The notes under the pieces: generated by a model
Seen by the model: only the letters and a program-made list of their open reading frames with translations
Told to the model about the DNA's origin: nothing
Database searches by the model: none
Made by a program: the position numbers and the translations under genes
NCBI GenBank assembly: GCA_036676495.1
Contig: JAKFCT010000060.1
Span: 1 to 51,558, forward strand
Length of the DNA: 51,558 bases
Reading direction: 5' to 3'
From: Candidatus Sericytochromatia bacterium
Lineage (GTDB): Bacteria > Cyanobacteriota > Sericytochromatia > S15B-MN24 > UBA4093
Part shown: one piece after another, positions 29,195 through 38,500 of the stretch
How the letters are laid out: every line of letters starts with the position of its first letter
Position numbering within the stretch: the first letter of the stretch is position 1

Positions 29195-30400
29195 CTACCA
29201 GTCCGCGGAGCGGGCGTCGGGAAGCACCTGGCGAATCCGCCCGGTGGACACCTTCACCGCGTAGAGGTCGACTCCCGACTGGATCTTGCCGGTCCCCGGG
29301 TGGAAGTTGCTCTCGAAGAGAATCTCCCCGTCAGGGCCCCAGACCGGACGCCTGCTGAAGCCCCCTTCCGGGGAGCGCGTCAGGCGAATGCCCACCGGAC
29401 GCGTGGTCTCGGCCAGGTCGACGCTGGTGAAGTAGATATCCCAGGATCCCTCCAGGTTGGAGGTATAGGCGAGCTGCTGGCCGGACGGCGACCACGCGGG
29501 CTCCATGCAGTTCCCCGTGGCCAAGAGCGCCCGCGAGGACTCCCCCCGCGGCCCCGAAACCCAGATCTGCCAGGTTCCGGTCGCCAGGCGGCGCGCCCAT
29601 GCCAGCTGCCTCCCATCGGGAGAGAAGACCGGATTGGCGGAGATCCCCGAGCCGCCCACCAGGTCGCGCATCGCCCCGGAGTAGGCATCGAGCTCGCGAA
29701 TCTCGTTGCGCATGCCGAGATGCGGGCTGCGCACCGCGACCGTGAAGGCGAAGCGCTTGCCCGCCTCGCTGTAGCGCAGCTCCGAGGCGCTGTCCGGCAC
29801 CTGCGCGAGGTAGCGGGACGCCGGCTCCAGGGGCCCCATGGTCTCGGTCGCACGGATCCAGACATGGGTCCGGCTCGGCTGACGCTGGATGAAGGCGAAG
29901 TGGCGCCCCGGCTCGACCCAGGACGGCGAGGTCTGCGTTCCCGGCAGATCCTGCGTCAGGTTGCGCACATGGGTGCCGAGCGCATCCGCCTCCCAGATCT
30001 TGCCTCCGCGCTCGAAGAGCATCCGCGGCGCGATCGGCTCGCCCGTCGCCGCGAGCCACAAATCGACCCTGCGCGTCTCGCCCGGCACCAAGGTCAGGTC
30101 CCGCTTGCGCGGCGCAAGGCCCGCCGACGCGAGCGCCTCGGGCGAGCGGCTCTGAGCCTCCGGCCGCGGCCCCGACACCTCCAGCGAGACCGTTTCTCCC
30201 AGGCCGTCGAGGACGTAGGCTCCCTTGGCGTCCGCCTTGACCTCCCGGTCCTTGACGCGAATCACGGCTCCCGGCACCAGGGTGCCTTCCGGCCAGGCGC
30301 GAACCTCTCCCTGCAGACGGGCCGCGGGCGGGCCGTCCTCGAACGCCGCGCAGCCCGCCAGCGCCAGCAGTGCCCCCAGGCTCAGCAAACGACGTTTCAA
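29195..30400 (-). CDS. TolB-like lipoprotein (carboxypeptidase-regulatory-like domain plus PD40 propeller)
   Basis: TTG start overlapping the upstream stop; MKRRLLSLGALLALAGC lipobox; NPVFSPDGRQLAW, EPAWSPSGQQLAYTSN, RPVWGPDG. Confidence 0.85.
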   Translation of the reverse strand: MKRRLLSLGALLALAGCAAFEDGPPAARLQGEVRAWPEGTLVPGAVIRVKDREVKADAKGAYVLDGLGETVSLEVSGPRPEAQSRSPEALASAGLAPRKRDLTLVPGETRRVDLWLAATGEPIAPRMLFERGGKIWEADALGTHVRNLTQDLPGTQTSPSWVEPGRHFAFIQRQPSRTHVWIRATETMGPLEPASRYLAQVPDSASELRYSEAGKRFAFTVAVRSPHLGMRNEIRELDAYSGAMRDLVGGSGISANPVFSPDGRQLAWARRLATGTWQIWVSGPRGESSRALLATGNCMEPAWSPSGQQLAYTSNLEGSWDIYFTSVDLAETTRPVGIRLTRSPEGGFSRRPVWGPDGEILFESNFHPGTGKIQSGVDLYAVKVSTGRIRQVLPDARSADW

Positions 30401-31395
30401 GGCTCGTAGACCTCCCCGAAGCCGATCCCATGCCGTTCCCCTTCGGGGAGCGGCGGGGGAGCCGCCGACAACAGCCGAACCGGCCGGCCCGGGATCTTCG
30501 GCTTCCACACCCGCGCCCACGTCCAGGACGTCAGATCCAGGATGGCGAACCGGCTCTCCTTGGCACTCAGAACGCAGAGACGCCCGTCGTCGAGCCAGGC
30601 CATCGACGTGATCGCATGGGGCACGGCAATCTCCTTGGCGATCTCCAGCGTCTGGGCATCCAGCGCCAGGATCCGCCCCGTCCCGTCATCCGCGCGGCAA
30701 GATAGCACGATCATGCCCCCCTCGCGCTGCGGCAACAAGCCCGTGGGCCGGTAAGGCAGGCGCAAGGGCTTTGGAGCCGCCACCTCGCCCGGTCGCGGCC
30801 GCGTCCACTCCACCGTGAGCTGACCTTCCTCCAGCGCGAGGATCCGGTCGGAGAGGATCACCCGGGCCGACGTGGAGTAGACCACCGGCAGGAAATCGAC
30901 CGCGTAGAGCCCGATCTTGGCGAGTAGCGAGCCGGGATCAAAGATGAGCACCGCCTGGTGATCCCGCGCCAGGTAGACCCTCCCTCCCGAGAGCGCGAAG
31001 CGCAGCGTGGGATCCGCGAACTCCGGCGAGTGATAGGTGGCGATCGCCCGGTAACGCGAGACCGAGCCCGGACGCGTGTCGATCACGGCCATCGCCTTCT
31101 GATCGGGCAGATGCACCAGCAGGAGATGACGCTCCATCAGCCAAATGGCCGCATGTACCATCCCCTGCACCGGGATCACGCCCCAGTCATCCGGACTCGC
31201 CGGATCGATCACCACGATCCGATCCGGGTACACCGCCAGCACGTCGCTCGCTCCGACGGCGTGCGTCCCGACGGCCTGCGTCCCGATGCTCGGTGTCCCG
31301 ATGGCCGGGGCGCGCCCCGGCCCGGTCACGGCGGCATCCGCCGGCATCCCGGCGCCCAAGCCGAGCGAGCAAGCCAAGAGCACGCGCAGCCTCAC
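30397..31395 (-). CDS. Exported hypothetical protein, probable beta-propeller
   Basis: GTG start, signal peptide (…MPADA), beta-rich xxID/LD repeats; stop/start overlaps on both sides. Confidence 0.7.
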   Translation of the reverse strand: MRLRVLLACSLGLGAGMPADAAVTGPGRAPAIGTPSIGTQAVGTHAVGASDVLAVYPDRIVVIDPASPDDWGVIPVQGMVHAAIWLMERHLLLVHLPDQKAMAVIDTRPGSVSRYRAIATYHSPEFADPTLRFALSGGRVYLARDHQAVLIFDPGSLLAKIGLYAVDFLPVVYSTSARVILSDRILALEEGQLTVEWTRPRPGEVAAPKPLRLPYRPTGLLPQREGGMIVLSCRADDGTGRILALDAQTLEIAKEIAVPHAITSMAWLDDGRLCVLSAKESRFAILDLTSWTWARVWKPKIPGRPVRLLSAAPPPLPEGERHGIGFGEVYEP

Positions 31396-32300
31396 GTCCG
31401 TACCTCCTGAGGTACGGCCCGCACTTCCGCCTCGCGCTCCCAGCGGTTATGCGCCCAAAGCCACATCTCGGGGTAGCGCCGGAGGTACGTCTCGAGCACC
31501 GCGTACATCCGCCGCGCATCCTCCTGAGCGTCTCCCGTCGGCACGAGCTCCGGCTCGACGTGTATCACGTGACGATCGTCCTCCGTGCGCACGCAGAACA
31601 TCGGAAGGATGGCCGCTCCCGTCTTCTGGGCGAAGAAGAACGCCCCCATCGGGACCGCCACCGGGCGGCCGTACAGGGTCGCGACCGCCTCCTGAGCCTC
31701 CCCGTGCTGGTCGACCAGGATCCCCAGCGCCTCGCCACGCTTGAGGGCGCGCAAGACGGGACGCAGCGAGGCGGGGCCGTGGTTGGCGTAGGTCGTCACC
31801 CCGACGCGCTCCCGCGCCTCGATGAAGAGTTGCCCGAAAGCGTCCTTGCTGGGCACCTGGACGAGCACGTGAAGCGGCAAGCCGGTGGCGGCGAGCGCCG
31901 CTCCCATCAGCTCCCAGTTGCCGAAGTGCCCGCTCATGAAGATCACCGCCCGCCCCTCGGCGACCACCCGGTCCAGATGCTCCCGCCCCTCCCAGGAGAC
32001 GAGGCGATCCAGGCCGTCGCGCGACAACACGTCGAAGCGCATCAGCTCGACGATCGACTTCACGACGTTGCGGAGATGGGCACGCGCCAGGCCATGCACC
32101 TCGCGATCGCTGAGCTCCTGCGGGTAGGCCTTGCGGATGTTGCCGTAGATGAAGTCGCGGTAGGGCGTGAGGCGGTACAGCCCGTAGATCGCATCCGCGA
32201 AGGCCACGCCGGCGCGAAGGGCCAACGGGCGCGGGAGGGCCATTGCCAGCGCTTGCACGCCCTTCATGACCCGGTAGATCAACCGATTGCCAGGATCCAC
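31392..32300 (-). CDS. Lipid A late acyltransferase family (LpxL/HtrB-like)
   Basis: WEGREHL, SGHFGNWE, LGILVDQH, YPEMWLWAHNRW. Confidence 0.9.
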   Translation of the reverse strand: MDPGNRLIYRVMKGVQALAMALPRPLALRAGVAFADAIYGLYRLTPYRDFIYGNIRKAYPQELSDREVHGLARAHLRNVVKSIVELMRFDVLSRDGLDRLVSWEGREHLDRVVAEGRAVIFMSGHFGNWELMGAALAATGLPLHVLVQVPSKDAFGQLFIEARERVGVTTYANHGPASLRPVLRALKRGEALGILVDQHGEAQEAVATLYGRPVAVPMGAFFFAQKTGAAILPMFCVRTEDDRHVIHVEPELVPTGDAQEDARRMYAVLETYLRRYPEMWLWAHNRWEREAEVRAVPQEVRT

Positions 32301-32344
32301 ATCGCCCTCCTCTGCTCCTTGATTCTACTTCAGCTTGAGCGGGT

Positions 32345-32373
32345 TTGACAAAGCGGAGGCCCTTGGGTAACAT
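32345..32373 (+). promoter_or_regulatory. Sigma-70-type promoter of the TPR gene
   Basis: TTGACA (32345-32350)-N17-TAACAT (32368-32373). Confidence 0.65.
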
Positions 32374-32506
32374 AACCGAGCCCATCTTTATTCTTAGTGC
32401 GTCAAACAAAACGGACTTCCTCGAGCCGCGGGCGCCGCGCCAGCGCCGTGAAACGGCGTCCCCGGCTCACCTTCGACGGTTTGGTTTGACGCGCTGACTG
32501 AGGTTC

Positions 32507-35500
32507 ATGCACCCCAAGGCGCTCACGCTCCAGAACGCAGGCCTCGCTCACCAGAAGCAAGGCGAGTTCCCCCAGGCGCGAGAGGCCTACCTCCAGGCCC
32601 TCGCGCTAGACGCACGCCTGGATACGGCCCGGCTGAACCTCGGGGCGGTGCTCTCGGAGCTGGGAGACTTCGACGGGGCGATCGCCCAGTACCGGACCCT
32701 GCTCGACACCCACCCGGATCACCCCAAGGCCATGTTCGGCCTGGTGCGCGCCCTCGCCGGGGCCCGCCGGCTCGAGGACGCCCAGCAAACCCTCGATCGA
32801 CTCGCAGAGCTGGGCGCCGACGACCTCCCCGTCCCCAAGCTCCAGGCATGGCTCGCCGCCCAGCGCGCTCCCAAGCCCGACGCGGGCCAGCCCGACGCGG
32901 GTCAACCCAATGCCCGCCCGCCCGCCGCCAGCCTCCCCACCGCCCCTGAACCGGCCCCGCCGGAGCTCCCAGCCCCCGCCTCCCCCCTCCCGCAGGACGT
33001 CCAGGGGCTTTTAGCCCAGGGGCAGGCGCTACTGGGGGAGGAGTTGGCGGGGGAGGCGATCGCCCCCTTGCGCGAAGCGGTCCGGCGCGATCCGGACGAC
33101 GTTCGCGCGCACCTCCTCTTGGCCGAAGCGCTGACCCAGGCCGGAGATGGGGAAGGAGCCTGGCAGGCCTACGCGGAAGTCACCTTCCGCCAACCCGATG
33201 CGCCGGGCCTCCGAGAACGCCTGATCGCCCTTTGCCGTCAGCAGGCCCGCGCCGCCGACGCCGCCCACGCCCTCCGCTGGTGGGAGCGCCTCCAGGGCCT
33301 GCAACCCAGCGACCTCGAGGCCGCTCGGGCGCTGGAGCAAAGCTACACCAGCCAAAGCCGGGTCATGGACCTCATTCGCCTGCTACAATCCCAGGCGGAG
33401 CGCACCTCGGATCCGGCCGTCATCTTGAGGCTGGGCCAGGCGCTCGGGGCGATCAACCGCACCACCGAAGCCCTCGCCCTCTACCAGCAAGCCCTCTCGG
33501 AGCGTCCCGAGGCCCTGGCGATTCGCCGCGCCGCGGCCACCCTCGCGCTGCTCGACCAGCAACCGGGTCTGGCTCGCCAGCTCCTGAGCGAGGCCGAGAA
33601 CCTCCCCCCGGATGTCGAACTGCTCCTGGCCCGCGCCAACTTCGAAGAGGGGCGCACCGAAGAAGGCTGGGGCGTCCTCAATCCCCTCCTGGATCTTCCG
33701 GAAGTGGCCGAGCGCGCGCAAGCGCTGGGCATCGAGTTCGTCCGCCCCTTTGCACTACGCCTTTCCGGCGAGCTGCGGGATCCGCGCGGGGCCGCCACCT
33801 GGTGGCGGCGCCTGCTGAGCTGCCGCCCCGGTGACGAGCAGGCGCTGGACGCCCTGGAAGGCCTGTACCAGGAGCTGGACCGGCCCCAGGACCTGGCGGA
33901 GATTCTGGCCCTGCGGCCACCCTCGATGCTCGATTCCGGGCAGATCCAGCGACTGATCGCAGCCTGGCTCGCCGCGGGGCGCCCCGACTCCGCGCATGCG
34001 GCCCTGTCCGACCTCGCAACCCGGGCGGGAGACCCGAACTTCGCCCGCCTGGAACTGGCCAAGCTCAGCCTGACGATGGGCCTAGCCACCCGGGCATGGC
34101 GCGAACTCGAGCCCCTGCTCAAGCCGCCCACCCCCGAGACGACCGTCCTGGCCGGCGAAATCTCCCATCAGATCGCCCTCAAACTCCAGGAAAGCGGCGA
34201 CTACGCCAAGGCCCTGGGCTGGTGGAAGCTGCACCTCCACTACCAGCCCAAATCTCCCGAGCTCAAGCGGGTTGCCGACGCACAGCTGGCCGCGGGAGAC
34301 CTCGCGGGAGCCATGCAGACCTTGCGGGAATGCCTGCGCCGGCATCCCGAGGACGAGGAGACCATGCTCACCCTGGCCGGCTTCGAGCTGGCGGAGGGAC
34401 GCTTTGCCGAAGCCCGCGTCCTCTTCGAGGCCATCCTCAAGCGCAACCCCGATCATCTGCGGGCCGTGCAAGGCATGGCCGAGGTTTCCGCCGGGATGGG
34501 CAACGACGACGCCTCCCTGACCTGGAGCCAGCGGCTTCTCGAGATCACGCACGACGAGATCCCGGAGCTGATCCAGGCCGCCCGCCAGGCCATCGACCGC
34601 TCGGATGACGAGGATGCCTGGGAAACCCTGCGCAAGGTCCTGGACAAGGATGCCACCCATGCCGAGGCGCTCGACCTGGCTCGAACCTGTCTCAAGCGCA
34701 TGGCCGCAAGCTACTACGGGGAGATTGCGCTGGCATGGTGGAAGGAACTGCTCGCGATCGACCCGCAGAACCTCGAGGCCTTGCGCGAGCTGGCGCGCGG
34801 CGCCGTGGAGGCGGGACGCCGCGACGAGGCCACCCGGCGCTACCAGGAGCTGGTCGCCGTGGACCCCGCGGATCCCGATGCCGCCCTCTGGCTGGGACGC
34901 GGGCACCTCGACGCGGGACGTTACGAGGAGGCACGCCAGTCCCTTTCCCGCAGCAAGGAAGCGCGCGAGCGGCTCGACGGCGTCCTCATCCAGGCCGAAC
35001 TTGCACTGATCGACGGCGATACCCAGGTCGCACGCTCCCTCTTCGGCCGAGCCGTCGGCATGAGCCGCGGCAACATCCAGGCCATGGCCGGACTCGCCAA
35101 GGTCACCCTCGCCGAAGGCAAGGCCGGCGATGCCTGGGTCATGTTCAAGCGCCTGCTCCAGACTCCCGAAGCCCCCAAGGTCCGCGACGACGCCCTCGCA
35201 TGCCTACGACGTCTCATCCAGGCGAGCCCCGGAGCCGCCGCGCTGACCTGGTGGGAGGAAGTGCTGGCGCTCGAACCGCGGAGCCTGGAGGCCCTGCGGG
35301 CCATCGCCACGCTCCACCACGATGCGGGAACCCTCGACTCCGCCCTCGCCTTCGCTCACCGCGCGCTGGGCCTTGCCCCGGATGACCGCGACGCCCGGCG
35401 CCTGACCGCGGAGATCCTGCGTGATCGAGGCCAACCGGAGGCGGCGGCCCAAACCCTGGAATCGCTACTGGCCTCCGGCTCCCTGGAAGCCCTCCAGGCC

Positions 35501-38500
35501 CTCGCGCGAATCGACCGCTCCAAGGCCACGCAAGCCCTCGAGGACTGGCTCGCAAAAGATCCCTCCCGGAAAGACCTCCGGCGCCTGCGAGTCCAATGGG
35601 CCATGGAAGCGGGAAAACACCAGGACGCCTGGCCTCACCTGGAAATCCTGCTCTCCCAGGATTCCGACCCGACCCTCGTGGATGTCGCCCGCTCCTGCCT
35701 GGAAATCCTGGCGACCGGCTCCCAGGACGCCGCCGAAGGCGCATCCTGGTGGGAAAAACTGCTCGAACGCGACCCCGGGCACGGCCAAGCCTTGGCCGCC
35801 ATTGCCAACTACTGCCGCGCGACCGGCCAAATCGATCGCGCCAACGCACTCACCCTCCGCCTCATCGCCAACGGCAACAGCTCTCCTGAAGCCGCCATGT
35901 CCCTGGGCACCTCGCTCGAGCTTCAAAACCAGCTCGACGACGCGCGCAAGGCTTATGCCCAGGCCGCGCAAGCGCAGCATCCCGAGGCATTTCTGGCTTT
36001 GGGCCGCCTCTCCATGCAGGCGGGGCAAGTGGCGCAAGCCCAAGCCCTGCTCGAACGCGCCGCGAAGCTGGCTCCGGGTCGGCAGACCGAGATCCCGTTC
36101 GCTCAGGCCTGCCTCGCGAATGGAGCGGCGCTGAAGGCTTGGGACGTCCTGAAACACTGGTTGGACAAGGACGACCCGCCCACGCGCATGGCTCGAACGG
36201 CGCTCGATCAGCTGCTTGCCGCTGCAAGCGAGGCCGAGGCCATCCCCCTCTGGCACGAGCGCTTGAAGCTCGACGCCCGGGACCCCGAGGCCCATGCGGC
36301 CCTCTTCCGGCATGCGCGCGCGACGGGAGACGTGGCCGGCCAGGAGCGCCATGCCCCGATGGTGCTGGAGTCGGCTCCCCAGGACGCAGACGCCGCCCTG
36401 GTGCAGGGACTCGCGCGTCATCGCAATGGGGAAGACGCCGAGGCGCTGCTCCGGATCGCCGCGGATGCGGGACGCGCGGAGGCCTACCTCCCACTGGCCC
36501 TGACCTTCTGGAAGAAAAAAGACGCCTCCTCCGCGCGACTCTGGCTGGAACGCCATCTCCAGCACGCGCCCGCCGGAAGCGACGCCCTCCGGCTGCAGCT
36601 CGAGCTCGCCCGGCACGAAGGACAGGTCGAGGAGGAATGGCGCGTCCTCGAGCAACTCGAGACCCTGCCACGGGAGGCCACGCCTCCGGGGACTCCACGT
36701 CCCGAATCCCCCTTCATCCAGGCCAAGCATGCGCTCGCACGCAAGCAGCTCCAGGGCCTCCGGCCCCAGCACGCGGAGCCCTGGGTCGAGCGCGCCCTGG
36801 CCCTGGGCGAGCGAGACGCCCTCGAAGCCCTGGCTTCAAGTTGGCTATCCGCCGCCCCCCCCGAAGGTCACGGACCCGGGGACGACGCATCCAAGGGTCA
36901 CGGCCCCCAGGCCGCACGCGAGCTCTACGCGCGCTTGATCGACCTTGCTCCGGAGCGCCCGAGCGCCCATCAGGGCCTCGGCAACGCGCTCCTCCTTCTC
37001 GGCGATCGCCGCGGAGCCCTCGCCGCCCTTCAAACCGCCTACCAGCACGGCGAACGCGGCCCCGCCATCGTCTCCAAGCTCATGGAGCTGACCTGGGAAG
37101 CCCAAAACCACGAACAGGCCGGGTCCTGGGCTCAGCGCCTGCTGGAGCTGGTTCCGGACCATCCGTTGGCGCTGAAAACCCGCCTTGAGGCGGCCAGAGA
37201 GCTTGCGCGCAGAGCGGCCGCCCCCGAAGAACAGCAAAAGTGGTGGCAAGCCGTTCTCAAGCTCGCTCCCGAAGACCCCGAAGCCCTCCGCATGGCCGCC
37301 GCCATCGCCCGCGCGCTGGGCGACCCCGCCACCACGGCGCGCCTGTTGTCCCAGTTGCACCGGGTGCAACCTCGCGACCTCTCTGTGCTGCTCAGCCTGG
37401 CCGACGCATGCCTGGAGACGGGCAACCGAAAGGGCGCGCGGCGCGCCCTCGAGCTCGCTCAAGCCCTTGACCCCGAGGACCTGGGCCTGAGAGCACGGCT
37501 CGCGGCCTTGCTGATCGAGGAAGGAGACGCTCCCGCGGCCGAAGCCGCCCTGGCCGAGATCCTGAGCCGGGACCCCGAAAACCAGGACGCCCTCAAGGTC
37601 CTCGCCGGCCTGAAGCTCGACGCATCCCCCGAGGAAGCGCTGACGCTCCTCGAACAAGCGCTGAAGCTCGGAGAGGACGCGACCATCCGGGAGCTGGCCG
37701 TGGAATGCGCCGAGCAGCTCGCCCGGAGCCAGGAGGGCCCCGCCGCCCTCGACGCATGGAAACGCCTCTTGGGGATCGATCCTGGACATGTCGGCGCCCT
37801 GAGGGCGATCGCCGACGATCGGCTCGCCGCAGGCCGCCCCGATGAAGCCCTGACCCCGCTCTTCACCCTGGTCAAGCACGACCCCGCCCCGGAAACGCTC
37901 TTCGAGCTGGCTCGAACCCTTCAGGCCTGCCGCCGGCCCCACGAAGCCACGGCCTTCTACCTGACTCTGGCCAACCAGTACGACTACCTGCCGGCATGGC
38001 AGGCCCTGGCCGAGACCAGCCTCGCCTCGGGCGACCTCGACGCGGCCCACGACGCCGCCAACCGCCTCTTGCGCGAGCAAGCCCCCGGCGCGGTCGACCT
38101 GGTCCTGCGCGCCGCCCGCGGGCTCGCCCGCCGCGCCGAAGCCGCCGGAGACTCCGAAGCCGCACACCGCTTCTGGAGCGAGGCCCTGGAGCATGCCCCG
38201 ACGGATCTCGACGCCCTCGAAGGCCTGGCCCAGGCCGCCGAGAACCTCGGCCGCCTCGAGGAATCCGTGGCGCTCCTGCGCCGCCTCGAACCCCTGGATC
38301 CCAGCCCCCGCTCGAGCGTGAAGCTGGCCGAGATCCTCATCAAGCAAGGCTCCGACGAGGAAGCCGAGAAGCTCTTCTCTCGGGCGCTCGCATCCGATCC
38401 CGAAGAGCCCCACGCCCACGCGGCGCTCGCACGGCTAGCCCAAGGACGCGGCGACTTCCTGATCGCGGGCGATCACGCTCAGCGGGCCCTGCGCCGCATG

